Shown piece after piece: positions 43,503 through 54,182 of a DNA stretch of 64,000 bases. A program made the translations under genes and the position numbers. Within the stretch, counting starts at the first letter, position 1, and the number at the start of each line of letters is the position of its first letter. Under the pieces are notes generated by a model, which was not told where the DNA came from, did no database searches, and worked only from the letters and a program-made list of their open reading frames with translations. The DNA comes from an uncultured Bacteroidota bacterium. GTDB taxonomy: Bacteria > Bacteroidota > Rhodothermia > Balneolales > HLUCCA01. The stretch covers positions 22,040-86,039 of the forward strand of contig CAMTWZ010000009.1 in the NCBI GenBank assembly GCA_947085565.1, in the 5' to 3' direction.

Positions 43503-45887
43503 TCAGTGCAGGATGTTTTTCTGTTGCAGGCGCAATGTGAGCGGACGTAGCAGGATCGAATTCAGCGAATACCTCCCTTCCGATTCGTTCAATATCCGAC
43601 GGGCATGCAGCCGGGTGAGCGTCATGCGGCAATCATGCTCTGATCGGTTCTGATTCAACGCCAATTCATGGATGGTGACATCCTGATGCTGCAGGATGGC
43701 GGTGATCGCGAACAGATCGTCGAGAGTGAACGCATCCCCGATTTCGATCAGATCGCCGGTCACCGGTTGGATAGTCAACGCCTCATTGGTGACATCACGT
43801 ATCGTGCGCAACCAGAACAGCATGGCGATAGTGATGTTCCCCCTGCTCCATTTCGCCAAATCGTCGAAATACGCCTTTTCCAAGAACTCCTGGCGGGCTT
43901 CTTCATCGTCCATCAGTTTCTTATATGCTCGTGAGCGTTTCGAGCTGTCAGATGGCGTGAAAACCGCCCGATATCCGCTCACCCGATGCCGCGACATGAT
44001 CGCAGACCGGATTTCCGCGGCGCCAAGGGTATCTGTGACGATCTCATCGGTGAATGTGGATGAGACCTGTATCGCATCTTCAAGGTAATTCCACGCAAAG
44101 CGAGTGCAAGTAACCACCCAGAAGACATCATTCGCGGATTCCGTGATGAAAAGCAGGAACCGCTCTAAAGCTTCGAATCCGTTCATATGCCGCAGATACA
44201 GATTCTGCATCCCTTCCAGAACCACGCGCTGACGTCCGTGAGCGCGGATGGCCGCCATCAACTCCTCAAAATCCTCAGCGTGTGGAACATCGAATCCTGC
44301 TTTGAGGATGTCCAGCAGCTCACCTCGGGTGGTGACGGTGCGCTCCACATGGATCCGACGAACAGGGAGGTCTTTGAGTGTGGTGGATAAGAACTCATTC
44401 AGTATGGAGGTTTTTCCGCTTCCCCGTTCCCCGACGATCGCCAAAGATGTGAAATAGCCTTCCATCCATCTCTTATGGTCTTTATCCATGGTTTCCAACT
44501 GCCGTGCGCGGCCTTTCAGGTAACGAACATCTTTCACGGGCTCGAAACTGAACAGGGACCTGTAAATGAGCGGAAGCTGCGCCAAGCGGCGTTCGGTTTC
44601 CTTCAGATAATCCGAAGCGCGGCTTCGGGCTTGAGGCGCGGCGGCATCCTCATCCGCATAACCCAAAAACCGGCGGACCGGTAGCGTCACTTCATCCACT
44701 TTTTCAAGGGCGAAACGATATCTGACAATAAAGGCTTCCACACTTCGCGACCATAAGGCCACGGATCGGTTCCAAACGTCTCTGGCCTGCACCTTCCTTT
44801 GAAGAGAGACATGGACCGATTCCAGCTCGCTGAAGTCCTCACGTGCGAAACAGCGGCGTATGAGTTCCAATTCCGCGTCGATAGAAGAGCGGGCTTTGTT
44901 GGTGACCGACTCCAGATTCTCACGGTATTTGCTGGAAAGTTCCTGAATCCGTTGTGCGGCACGCTCGAGTCCTTCTCTGAACAAGGTCTCCTGTTCTTGC
45001 GCATCTGCGGCTTCCGCCAATCCCAGATTCACCTCCACCACATCGCGGATCTCATTGGCTTTGAGAAGCAACGATTCGTAATGTCGGTTCATGTCCTCCG
45101 ACAATTGCCGAAGCATCGGATACAAGCGATAAGAGAACACGCCATCCGTGTGGATTCGAACGTCGAATATGCCGCGAGAAAACGGTGGGGCGGCCGCATC
45201 TGATGTGCGCTGAAACACTTCGGAGGGAAGTTGTTGGACGGCTTGGGTGTATTCCGAAATCAGTCGCTGAATCCCATGCTGTTCGAGGAACACGTTGCGG
45301 CGCTCTTGCAACGAATCCACCAATTCAGTGGTCAAACGTTCGTTCAGCGATACGGCCAGCGTTCTTAGGTTCTGCGGAAGCGGACTTTCCGCGATCTTCG
45401 AGACCGATTTGTACAGTTCGAGCACCGGTTTGCGAAATTTCTGCTCCCAAGACTTCCACTCCGCTTCCATCTTTTCAAATTCGCGCACCATGGCATCTGC
45501 CACTTGCTCGAAAGCCATGGCTGAATGGCTCATCTCAGAGGAATACGCATTCTCGGCGAGCCACTGCAGACGGGTCCATTCATAATTGGCGTACGCTTTG
45601 TCGCGTTGCCTGCGAGCACCGATCAGATAGTATTTGACATCCCGGTTCGCCCAGGTGGTTTCGATCGCCTCATCGAGCAATCGGGGCAATTGTGTTCGGT
45701 CTTGATAGGATTTCGCGCAGGCTTCCACACAAGCCAACTCCATCTGATGAGCCAAGGTCACTTCTTTGGCGGAGTACTCCGGTCGGTGGATCGAATCGCG
45801 ACATTCCCGAATCTTCTGAATGTCGCCTTCCAAGGATCGGAATTTATCGAGCACTCGGCTCACTGGGTCAGTATCGCTCGGTTTCAT
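43503..45887 (-). CDS. uncharacterised 794-aa protein: N-terminal helical/coiled-coil half, AAA+/STAND-like P-loop NTPase, C-terminal winged-helix-like domain
   Basis: Walker A GERGSGKTS (44406-44432), Walker-B-like RQRVVLEGMQN, C-terminal HTH-like TIHELALNQNRSEHDCRMTLTRLHARRIL. I recognise no family for the first roughly 450 aa. Confidence 0.6.
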   Translation of the reverse strand: MKPSDTDPVSRVLDKFRSLEGDIQKIRECRDSIHRPEYSAKEVTLAHQMELACVEACAKSYQDRTQLPRLLDEAIETTWANRDVKYYLIGARRQRDKAYANYEWTRLQWLAENAYSSEMSHSAMAFEQVADAMVREFEKMEAEWKSWEQKFRKPVLELYKSVSKIAESPLPQNLRTLAVSLNERLTTELVDSLQERRNVFLEQHGIQRLISEYTQAVQQLPSEVFQRTSDAAAPPFSRGIFDVRIHTDGVFSYRLYPMLRQLSEDMNRHYESLLLKANEIRDVVEVNLGLAEAADAQEQETLFREGLERAAQRIQELSSKYRENLESVTNKARSSIDAELELIRRCFAREDFSELESVHVSLQRKVQARDVWNRSVALWSRSVEAFIVRYRFALEKVDEVTLPVRRFLGYADEDAAAPQARSRASDYLKETERRLAQLPLIYRSLFSFEPVKDVRYLKGRARQLETMDKDHKRWMEGYFTSLAIVGERGSGKTSILNEFLSTTLKDLPVRRIHVERTVTTRGELLDILKAGFDVPHAEDFEELMAAIRAHGRQRVVLEGMQNLYLRHMNGFEALERFLLFITESANDVFWVVTCTRFAWNYLEDAIQVSSTFTDEIVTDTLGAAEIRSAIMSRHRVSGYRAVFTPSDSSKRSRAYKKLMDDEEARQEFLEKAYFDDLAKWSRGNITIAMLFWLRTIRDVTNEALTIQPVTGDLIEIGDAFTLDDLFAITAILQHQDVTIHELALNQNRSEHDCRMTLTRLHARRILNESEGRYSLNSILLRPLTLRLQQKNILH

Positions 45888-45903
45888 GACTGCAATATAA
45901 CCG

Positions 45904-47235
45904 ATGTGGCCACACTTTTCGTATCTTGAAAACCGTTACGGAAGCACCACGTCTAACGGCTCGCCTTTCTTGAAATCCCGTCTCTTTACACTATTATTTC
46001 TGCTGCTGCTCGGGTGCTTCGCCTCGGGACATGCGCAACCGTCTGCGCTTCCCAACATCAGCGTTGCCACGCGTTCGGACGGACTCGGCTACGTTGTCCG
46101 CCTCCATCTTTCCACTCCTGCCGATTCTTTCCGCTTGATTCAGCCCTCTGCCGATCTCATCCAGATCGCGGTGTACAAGAACGGCATTGCCGCAGCGTCG
46201 GTTCGCTTACCCCAAATCCGCGATCCGTTCGCCGGTTTCCGGTTGCATGCCATCAACCGAGGGGTGGGTTTGGATATCCGCCTGCAGAAGAACCAGTTTT
46301 ACATCGCCAGGGCGTATCCGGATGCGAACGGCCGACATCTGCTGATCGCACTCACACGCTCCACAGAACGCGAACTCTCTATACTGACCTCCGGCTTGAC
46401 CGAAGTGAACTGGACCCCGGCCGAACAGACCGTTCCTCCAATCCAGACTCGCCCAATGCCTGAACCCGAGAAAAAACCCGGAACCGACTCCACTCCCCCA
46501 GCTACCCAGCCAAGTGCGATCCCGCTTCCCGCCAATAATTTCGACCGGAAGCTGAATACCATCGTCATTGATGCAGGACATGGCGGGCACGATCCCGGAG
46601 CCATCGGTCCCAGAGGAACCCGAGAGAAGGATGTCGTCTTGAAAATCTCCTTGCGTTTGGGCGAACTCATCAAAGAGCAGATGCCCGATGTGAACGTGGT
46701 GTACACACGAAGCGACGACCGATTCATCAACCTTTACGAACGCGGACGCATGGCCAACCGTGCTAAAGGCGACTTGTTCATCTCGATCCATGCCAACTCA
46801 CACCGGAATTCACAGGCTTTTGGCGCCGAAGTGTACTTTTTGGGTTTGCATAAATCTGAAGACGCATTCGAAGTGATGAAGAAAGAGAACAGTGTGATCG
46901 CCTTGGAAGATCCCGCCACACGAACCCGTGAGCTGACCGACGAAGAAATCATCCTGTACGAACTCACCAACACCGCTTATATCGCCAACAGCCAGTATTT
47001 CTCCGCTCTTATCGATGAGCAATTCAAATCGAATGCCCAGCGCAAATCCAGAGGCGTGAAACAGGCCGGCTTCCTTGTGCTTTACCATGCTTCCATGCCT
47101 GCGGTTCTGGTGGAAGTGGGATTCATCTCCAATCCGAGCGAAGAACAATTCCTTCGAAGCGAGAACGGTCAGTGGTTACTCGCCGAATCCATCTTCAAAG
47201 GCATCAGGGAATACAGAACCAGAGTGGAACGATGA
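45904..47235 (+). CDS. N-acetylmuramoyl-L-alanine amidase (Amidase_3, AmiC-like)
   Basis: IVIDAGHGGHDPGA, FISIHANS, GFLVLYHASMPAVLVEVGFISN. An in-frame TTG at 45970 would start directly at the signal peptide (KSRLFTLLFLLLLGCFASGHA). Confidence 0.88.
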   Translation: MWPHFSYLENRYGSTTSNGSPFLKSRLFTLLFLLLLGCFASGHAQPSALPNISVATRSDGLGYVVRLHLSTPADSFRLIQPSADLIQIAVYKNGIAAASVRLPQIRDPFAGFRLHAINRGVGLDIRLQKNQFYIARAYPDANGRHLLIALTRSTERELSILTSGLTEVNWTPAEQTVPPIQTRPMPEPEKKPGTDSTPPATQPSAIPLPANNFDRKLNTIVIDAGHGGHDPGAIGPRGTREKDVVLKISLRLGELIKEQMPDVNVVYTRSDDRFINLYERGRMANRAKGDLFISIHANSHRNSQAFGAEVYFLGLHKSEDAFEVMKKENSVIALEDPATRTRELTDEEIILYELTNTAYIANSQYFSALIDEQFKSNAQRKSRGVKQAGFLVLYHASMPAVLVEVGFISNPSEEQFLRSENGQWLLAESIFKGIREYRTRVER

Positions 47236-47852
47236 GCAAGCCCTTCGTGATCGGTGTGGCTGGTGGAAGCGGATCCGGTAAGACCACGGTCGTACGGCAC
47301 ATCATCGAACGGGTAGGACCTGTGAATCTGTCGCTCATCCAGCACGATTCCTATTACCGCGACATGAAACACCTGCCGTTTGATGAGCGGGTGAAGCAGA
47401 ATTTCGATCACCCGGCATCGTTGGAAACCGAGCTCATGGTCAAGCATGTGAAAGCCTTGCTCGCGGGAATCTCCGTGGAAATTCCGGTGTATGATTTCGC
47501 GGAGCATGTGCGCTCCGACAGCGTGATCAAAGCCTCTCCCCGACCCGTGATTCTTGTCGATGGGATCCTGATCCTTTTTGAAAAAGAGCTTCGCGATCTG
47601 ATGGACATGCGCATTTTCGTGGATACCGATTCGGATGTTCGCCTGCTACGCCGACTCAAGCGCGATCTGATCGAGCGCGGCAGAAGCATCGAGAGTGTTC
47701 TGAACCAGTATGAGTCGTTCGTTCGACCCATGCATCTCGAATTCGTGGAACCGACCAAGCGCTATGCCGACATCATCATTCCGCATGGCGGAGAAAACAT
47801 CGCCGCGTTGGACATGCTCGACGCGCTGATCACGAAGAAAGTCAGCGGCTGA
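47232..47852 (+). CDS. udk: uridine kinase
   Basis: IGVAGGSGSGKTT, DSYY, DHPASLE, RRLKRD. The ATG at 47232 overlaps the amidase stop (ATGA). Confidence 0.92.
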   Translation: MSKPFVIGVAGGSGSGKTTVVRHIIERVGPVNLSLIQHDSYYRDMKHLPFDERVKQNFDHPASLETELMVKHVKALLAGISVEIPVYDFAEHVRSDSVIKASPRPVILVDGILILFEKELRDLMDMRIFVDTDSDVRLLRRLKRDLIERGRSIESVLNQYESFVRPMHLEFVEPTKRYADIIIPHGGENIAALDMLDALITKKVSG

Positions 47853-48507
47853 GCGATCGCAATCCGTCGAACAATACAAAGGGTCGCACCTCGCCCAATG
47901 TTTGAATCACCGATGCGTCAGCTCCAGTGACCACCACCTGCGCCTCCGGCGAAAACGCATGCAGTTGACGGATATGATGGATGATTCCCGCCGTCCAGGA
48001 TTCGACCAGACCTGCTTTCAGGGCATCAACCGTACTCTTCGGCGGGTATGTGGATGAAAGTTCTCTGGGAACCGATGGCAACGCGGGAGCCTGGGTGTGC
48101 AGCGCGTTCTCGATCAATCCCAAACCCGGCATGATCACGCCCCCTTGGAACACTCCTTCGGCATCCATCAGGTCGATGGTGGCCGCCGTTCCGGCATCAA
48201 CGACGATCACCGCCGTACCGAGTTCTTGCCAAGCGCCGTGACAAGCCACGAATCGGTCGATTCCGAGCGTCTGCGGAGTGAGGTAGTCTAACCGGTGGGT
48301 GGGCAGGTCGGTGCGACGAAGCCAGCGCACCGTCGGAAGCGTATCCATTATGGCGTCCACCACCGAACAGCCGCTGGCGGGTTCCAATTCCAGCGATTCG
48401 ATCAACCCTTCCAACGCATCATGACGATACCGGCTCACGATCTCCCATCCATCGGTGGTGGGCCGAGCGACTTTCACGTGCGTATTTCCGGCATCCAGAT
48501 AGAGCAT
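47842..48507 (-). CDS. coaX: type III pantothenate kinase
   Basis: MLYLDAGNTHVKVA, GIDRF, VVDAGTAATID. ATG at 48507. Confidence 0.85.
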   Translation of the reverse strand: MLYLDAGNTHVKVARPTTDGWEIVSRYRHDALEGLIESLELEPASGCSVVDAIMDTLPTVRWLRRTDLPTHRLDYLTPQTLGIDRFVACHGAWQELGTAVIVVDAGTAATIDLMDAEGVFQGGVIMPGLGLIENALHTQAPALPSVPRELSSTYPPKSTVDALKAGLVESWTAGIIHHIRQLHAFSPEAQVVVTGADASVIQTLGEVRPFVLFDGLRSLSR

Positions 48508-48551
48508 AGGTTGGGCGAAATGGCTAATTTGACACAAAATACCACCCTCGC

Positions 48552-49256
48552 ATGAACCTATCCAACAAAAGAGCGATCGTCACCGGAGCCAGCTCCGGCC
48601 TGGGAGCCGAATTCAGCAGAGCGCTGATCCGCCGTGGTGCCTCGGTGTACGCCCTCGCCCGACGTGAAGACCGTCTCCTGAGCCTGCGGGTCTCACTTGG
48701 GCCCAAGTTCATCCCTGTCGTGATGGATGTGACCGATCGCAGCGCTCTCAGCGCTTGGATCGATTCCACATTCAACCCTGCGTGCCGCCCCGACATCCTC
48801 ATCAATAATGCGGGGTTGGGACATTTCGCGGGTGTGGACGCCCAAAAGCCCGAAGATTGGGACCAGATGCTCGCCGTGAACCTCACCGGAGTGTTCAATC
48901 TCACCCATCTGCTGGTTCCTCATTTGAAATCGAACCCGGAAGTCACCCATATCGTGAATATCGCTTCCGTGGCCGGACTCATCGCCAATCCGAATCTTTC
49001 CGGGTACAATGCGACCAAGTTCGGGTTGCGCGGCTTCAGCGAAGCCTTGATGAAAGAATTGCGTGAATTCGGCATCAAAGTCACCTGCATGTTTCCCGGA
49101 TCGGTGGATACCGAGTTTTCGGCAACGAGTCATCCCAACATGATGCAAGCCGAGGATGTGGCCACTGTCGCCATCAATGTGCTTGAAATGCCGGATAATT
49201 TCCTGATTGATGAGGTCGTGATGCGTCCCTTGAATCCGAAACCGCCAGCAAAATGA
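48552..49256 (+). CDS. SDR family oxidoreductase
   Basis: TGASSGLG, NNAG, catalytic YNATK. Confidence 0.85.
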   Translation: MNLSNKRAIVTGASSGLGAEFSRALIRRGASVYALARREDRLLSLRVSLGPKFIPVVMDVTDRSALSAWIDSTFNPACRPDILINNAGLGHFAGVDAQKPEDWDQMLAVNLTGVFNLTHLLVPHLKSNPEVTHIVNIASVAGLIANPNLSGYNATKFGLRGFSEALMKELREFGIKVTCMFPGSVDTEFSATSHPNMMQAEDVATVAINVLEMPDNFLIDEVVMRPLNPKPPAK

Positions 49257-49570
49257 AGAGCTTCCTACTCATTCCGATGTTCATCGTGATTCTGATGGGT
49301 TGTGAAAAGGAAGGGCCGCCGATCGACGAAGCGACCTATGTGAAGCTGCTCACCGAAGCGGCCATCATCCAATCGGCCTACAATGTGAAATACGACACAC
49401 TGATTACCTCGTCGATGTTCGAGGAAGTGCTTCTGTCTTATGCGATCGACCGGAACGAGTTCCTGTACAGCCATCTGGTCTATCAGCAAGACCTTCAGGG
49501 ACAGGAACGCCGTTGGAAAATCGTTCTCGACAGCCTTACGGAGCAGTCAAGCCAGCTTATGAAACCCTGA
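49253..49570 (+). CDS. DUF4296-like lipoprotein
   Basis: Lipobox ILMGC, then IDEATYVKLLTEAAIIQSAY. Confidence 0.6.
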   Translation: MKSFLLIPMFIVILMGCEKEGPPIDEATYVKLLTEAAIIQSAYNVKYDTLITSSMFEEVLLSYAIDRNEFLYSHLVYQQDLQGQERRWKIVLDSLTEQSSQLMKP

Positions 49571-51457
49571 GCTGTCGGCTCTCACTTTCCCTTCCCTTTG
49601 CAAAAGGGTGAGCACTTGCCGGACCACCTTGCGACTTAGGCCGAGGCTTTGCTCGAGTTCTTCCAGTGTGCGGGATGTGCTCAGCGCGGCCAATACGGCG
49701 GCCACACGTTTCGCATCCACTCCATCCATTTCCGAGGCGTTCAGACATCGGTCGCAGAACCCGCAGTGTTCGGGTACGCTCAGTTCTCCGAAATACCTGC
49801 GGATGTAGGCGGTACGGCAGCCGCGGGTGGTCACATACCCATCCATGAAGCGAAGTTTTTCGATGAGCCGGTCTCGGTGTCTCTCCACATCCTCAGGGGT
49901 AAGAGGAAGTTGCCTCATTCTCGGATTCACCAGACGGATGCTCCACAAGCCTTCGCTGCGGTCGAACCGCAGAATTCCGTCCATTTCAAGAACTCGCAGC
50001 GCTTTCACCAAGGCATTATGGCTTATGGCGGTTTTTTCAAGCACCCAATCTTCGTCCAGCCAATGCAAGTCTTCGAGACATTCGGGACCGAAGATCCGGA
50101 ACAGCGAGTCTACGAAGTCTTTTTTCCGACCGTTGGCCTGTTCGTCGAGCCAACTGCGCAATCCGTTCAGGCCGAGCAGGATGTGGACGCCGACGCGCGG
50201 TTTGTCGGGTTGCTCGGCTTCGATGAGTCCGAACTGGCGGAGGGAATTCCAGCAGAGTCCGACCGTGCGCATCGACAATCCGCTGCGTTTCGACACCGCG
50301 TCCAAGGCCACATAACCGGCGTCTTCCTGTTCGGAGCCGATCGCCAAATGGAGCGTATCCGCGGTCACATCATACACGGTCTGAAGTTCCTGTTTTGACG
50401 GATACCCTTGCTTGATGCGCGTTTTCGCCTGACTGGCGTCTGACCGCTTCACCAAAAGAGTGGGATAACTGATGGCGCCGTCGCGTCCGGCTCTACCCGC
50501 TTCCTGATAATAGGCTTCCAAGCTTCCGGGCATTTCGTGATGGATCACCCATCGGCAATCGGGTTTGTCAATTCCCATTCCGAAAGCATTCGTGGCCACA
50601 ACAACAGGCAATTTCCCGCTCACCCAATCGCGCTGGATACGTTTGCGCTCGTCGGAGGTGAGTCCGGCATGGTAAGGCTCGCAAGCGATGCCCAGAGTTC
50701 GGATTTCAGCGGCGATTTCGGTGCATCCGCGGCGTGTACCGGCGTAGACGAGTCCGGACCCTGTGGCTTTTCGGACCATGAGTTTGAGGCGGTCCATTTT
50801 CTGTTCGGTCTCATCGACCCACCATTTCAGATTAGGGCGGCCGAAGCCTTTGGCGATGACCACCGGATCGGTGAAGCCCAGCACCTTCAGGATGTCGTCT
50901 TTGACCAAAGGTGTGGCGGTGGCGGTGAGCGCCATCCACCGGGCGTCGGGAAGAAGGGGTTGGAGGTTTGGACGGATGCGTCGGTAGGGCGGGCGGAACT
51001 CGTGGCCCCATTCCGAAATGCAATGCGCTTCGTCGATGGCCACCAGGGAGATGTTGAGGGCTGGAGCGTTGCGGATGAAGAGCGGGGTTTCCAGTCGCTC
51101 GGGCGCGCAGTACAGCAGTTTGTACATGCCGTTGCGGGCGTTGATCAGCCTTTGCTCCACCTCGCGCTGCGAAATGGTGGAATTGATGAAGGTGGCGGGT
51201 ATTCCCATGCGGATGAGAGCGTCAACTTGATCCTGCATCAGCGCGACCAGCGGGGAAATGACGAGTGTGAGTCCGGGAAGCACCGTAGCCGGTACTTGGA
51301 AACATAGCGACTTCCCACCTCCGGTCGGAAACAGAACAAGCACTTCCTTCCCTTCCAACACCGCTCTGACGACTTCATCCTGACCCGGCCTGAAGGCGTC
51401 GTAGCCCCAGTGCCGTTTCAGGGAGTCGAGTGCGGGGGAAAGGTCGATTCCGGACAT
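49547..51457 (-). CDS. recQ: RecQ family ATP-dependent DNA helicase
   Basis: FRPGQ, PTGGGKS, DEAHCISEWGHEFRP, TATAT, and an RQC-type zinc-binding Cys cluster. ATG at 51457 (MSGIDLSPALDSLK). Confidence 0.9.
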   Translation of the reverse strand: MSGIDLSPALDSLKRHWGYDAFRPGQDEVVRAVLEGKEVLVLFPTGGGKSLCFQVPATVLPGLTLVISPLVALMQDQVDALIRMGIPATFINSTISQREVEQRLINARNGMYKLLYCAPERLETPLFIRNAPALNISLVAIDEAHCISEWGHEFRPPYRRIRPNLQPLLPDARWMALTATATPLVKDDILKVLGFTDPVVIAKGFGRPNLKWWVDETEQKMDRLKLMVRKATGSGLVYAGTRRGCTEIAAEIRTLGIACEPYHAGLTSDERKRIQRDWVSGKLPVVVATNAFGMGIDKPDCRWVIHHEMPGSLEAYYQEAGRAGRDGAISYPTLLVKRSDASQAKTRIKQGYPSKQELQTVYDVTADTLHLAIGSEQEDAGYVALDAVSKRSGLSMRTVGLCWNSLRQFGLIEAEQPDKPRVGVHILLGLNGLRSWLDEQANGRKKDFVDSLFRIFGPECLEDLHWLDEDWVLEKTAISHNALVKALRVLEMDGILRFDRSEGLWSIRLVNPRMRQLPLTPEDVERHRDRLIEKLRFMDGYVTTRGCRTAYIRRYFGELSVPEHCGFCDRCLNASEMDGVDAKRVAAVLAALSTSRTLEELEQSLGLSRKVVRQVLTLLQREGKVRADSSGFHKLA

Positions 51458-51467
51458 TGTGTCCTCG

Positions 51468-52214
51468 TCAGAGGACCGCTTTGATGTACTCGCGCCGCAT
51501 TTCAGCGATCGCTTGGATGGAAATCTCTTTCGGGCAAACGGCTTCGCATTCTCCATGGTTGGAGCAATCGCCGAAGCCTTCTTTCTCCATCTGTTCCACC
51601 ATGCGGATCACGCGACGTTCGCGTTCCGGTGCTCCTTGCGGCAGATGGGCGAACTGGGCGATTTTGGCCGCGGTGAACAATGAAGCCGAAGCGTTCGGGC
51701 ATGCGGCTACGCACGCGCCGCAACCGATGCACGATGCGTAATCGAACGCCATGTCGGCATGTTCTTTCTGAATAAGGATGGCGTTGGCATCGGGCGATGC
51801 GTTGGTGTTCACCGAAATGTACCCGCCGGCGGCTTGGATGCGGTCGAACGCGCTGCGATCCACCACAAGGTCTTTGATGATCGGGAACGCCGTTGCGCGC
51901 CAAGGCTCGACCACAATCGTATCGCCGTCATTGTACTTGCGCATGTGGAGTTGACAGGTCGCTGTTCCTTTTTCAGGACCATGCGCCATTCCATCGATCA
52001 CCATATTGCAAGAACCGCAGATGCCTTCCCGGCAATCATGATCGAATTCGATGGGCTCCTCCCCTTTTTTCATGAGTTTCTCATTGAGATGGTCGAACAT
52101 CTCCAGAAACGACATGTGGTCGCTCACCCCGTCCACCGTGTAATCGACGATGGCTCCGGGCGTTGAGGCGTTTTTTTGACGCCAGACTTTCAAATGGATG
52201 GTCATGTTTTCCAT
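51468..52214 (-). CDS. sdhB: succinate dehydrogenase/fumarate reductase iron-sulfur subunit
   Basis: [33 protein letters not shown]. Confidence 0.93.
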   Translation of the reverse strand: MENMTIHLKVWRQKNASTPGAIVDYTVDGVSDHMSFLEMFDHLNEKLMKKGEEPIEFDHDCREGICGSCNMVIDGMAHGPEKGTATCQLHMRKYNDGDTIVVEPWRATAFPIIKDLVVDRSAFDRIQAAGGYISVNTNASPDANAILIQKEHADMAFDYASCIGCGACVAACPNASASLFTAAKIAQFAHLPQGAPERERRVIRMVEQMEKEGFGDCSNHGECEAVCPKEISIQAIAEMRREYIKAVL

Positions 52215-52223
52215 AAAACGCTC

Positions 52224-54176
52224 TTACTTATAGCTCCGTTGGGTGAGACCGACTTCGGCGAAATCGAGGGCTTCCTTGTGCAAGGCTTCGGGTTTGTCGT
52301 CGCCTTTGAATTCCCACGCCGCCACGTAGGCGTATTTGTCGTCGTTGCGGAGGGCTTCGCCTTCCGGGGTTTGATACTCTTCGCGGAAATGTCCACCACA
52401 GGATTCCTCACGGTCGAGGGCGTCTTGCGCCATCAACTCGCCAAGCTCGAAGAAATCGGCGATACGGCCGGCATATTCCAGATATTTGTTGTAAGTGGAA
52501 GGCTCACCTGGCACAAACACATTGTTCCAGAAATCTTCTTTGAGCGTGCGGATCTGCTCAATCGCGCTTTTCAGTCCCTTTTCACTTCTGGCCATTCCCA
52601 CTTCATCCCACATGATCTTGCCAAGTGCGCGATGATAATCCAACACGGTCTTGTTTCCTTTGACCGACAACAGCTTGTTGATGCGGCTCACCGCTTCATG
52701 CTCGGCGGCTTTGAACGCTTCATGATTGGTATCGACTTTGGCAGGAGGGTTGTTCACCAGATAATCGCCCAAGGTGTAGGGGATGATGAAGTAACCGTCG
52801 GCCAAACCTTGCATCAACGCGCTTGCTCCGAGACGGTTCGCACCGTGATCGGAGAAATTGGCCTCGCCAAGCACAAACAGGCCCGGAACCGTGCTCATGA
52901 GATTATAATCGACCCAAAGTCCGCCCATGGTGTAATGCACCGCGGGATAGATCATCATCGGGGTCTGATACGGATTGTCGGCCGTGATTTTCTCGTACAT
53001 GTCGAACAGGTTGCCATACCGCTCACGGATCTTGGCTTCGCTGTCTCGCTTGATGGCATCACGGAAGTCCAGGTACACGGCCAATCCGGTAGGACCTACG
53101 CCCTGTCCCGCATCGCAAACCTGTTTCGCATTGCGCGAGGCCACATCGCGTGGCACTAAGTTTCCGAAGCTCGGATAGCGCTCTTCGAGAAAGTAGAAGC
53201 GTTCCGATTCTGGAATATCGTTCGCGGCGCGTTTGTCGCCTTTGACGCGCGGGACCCATACCCGTCCGTCGTTCCGAAGCGATTCCGACATCAACGTCAG
53301 TTTGGATTGATAATCGCCGGAAACCGGAATACAGGTCGGATGAATCTGTGTGAAACAGGGATTTGCGAAAAAGGCACCGCGTTTGTGCGCACGCCAGGCG
53401 GCGGTCACATTCGAGTTCTTGGCGTTCGTAGACAGATAGAACACGTTTCCGTATCCGCCGGTGGCCAGAAGCACAGCATCTGCGGCATGGCGTTCGATTT
53501 CGCCGGTAACCAGGTTACGAGCGATGATTCCTCGTGCGACGCCATCCACCACCACGAGATCGAGCATTTCATGGCGGGCGAGCATTTCGACTTTGCCCGC
53601 ATCCACCATTTTCATCATGGCGGAATACGCTCCCAAGAGCAACTGCTGACCGGTTTGTCCGCGGGCGTAGAAGGTTCTGGACAACTGAGCCCCGCCGAAA
53701 GAGCGGTTATCGAGCAATCCGCCGTATTCGCGGGCGAAAGGCACGCCTTGAGCCACGCATTGGTCGATGATCAGGTTGCTCACTTCAGCCAGACGGTACA
53801 CATTGGCTTCGCGTGCGCGGTAATCGCCACCTTTGATGGTGTCGTAAAACAAGCGGTACACGCTGTCGCCGTCGTTCTTATAGTTTTTAGCGGCGTTGAT
53901 TCCACCTTGCGCGGCGATCGAATGCGCGCGACGTGCGGAATCCTGGATGCACATCGCTTTCACATTATAACCGAGCTCTGCCAATGCCGCAGCCGCGGAA
54001 GCACCCGCCAAACCCGTACCCACCACGATGACGGTGAATTTGCGCTTGTTATTGGGGTTCACCAGATTGATGTGGTCTTTGTGAAACGACCACTTCTGTT
54101 GCACAGGTCCGGGAGGAACTTTGCTATTGAGCTTCGGAGAGGAGCCTTCGTTCGGAGTTGTTTTTGACGTTGCCAT
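52224..54176 (-). CDS. sdhA: succinate dehydrogenase/fumarate reductase flavoprotein subunit
   Basis: [22 protein letters not shown] (FAD histidine), HYTMGG, RLGASAL. Confidence 0.95.
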   Translation of the reverse strand: MATSKTTPNEGSSPKLNSKVPPGPVQQKWSFHKDHINLVNPNNKRKFTVIVVGTGLAGASAAAALAELGYNVKAMCIQDSARRAHSIAAQGGINAAKNYKNDGDSVYRLFYDTIKGGDYRAREANVYRLAEVSNLIIDQCVAQGVPFAREYGGLLDNRSFGGAQLSRTFYARGQTGQQLLLGAYSAMMKMVDAGKVEMLARHEMLDLVVVDGVARGIIARNLVTGEIERHAADAVLLATGGYGNVFYLSTNAKNSNVTAAWRAHKRGAFFANPCFTQIHPTCIPVSGDYQSKLTLMSESLRNDGRVWVPRVKGDKRAANDIPESERFYFLEERYPSFGNLVPRDVASRNAKQVCDAGQGVGPTGLAVYLDFRDAIKRDSEAKIRERYGNLFDMYEKITADNPYQTPMMIYPAVHYTMGGLWVDYNLMSTVPGLFVLGEANFSDHGANRLGASALMQGLADGYFIIPYTLGDYLVNNPPAKVDTNHEAFKAAEHEAVSRINKLLSVKGNKTVLDYHRALGKIMWDEVGMARSEKGLKSAIEQIRTLKEDFWNNVFVPGEPSTYNKYLEYAGRIADFFELGELMAQDALDREESCGGHFREEYQTPEGEALRNDDKYAYVAAWEFKGDDKPEALHKEALDFAEVGLTQRSYK

Positions 54177-54182
54177 AATTCC

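Noticed and set aside
52176-54167. Two long ORFs (52176-53159 and 53307-54167) antisense to sdhA
   Set aside because: They are mirror-frame artefacts of a highly conserved gene, and I see no independent coding signal.
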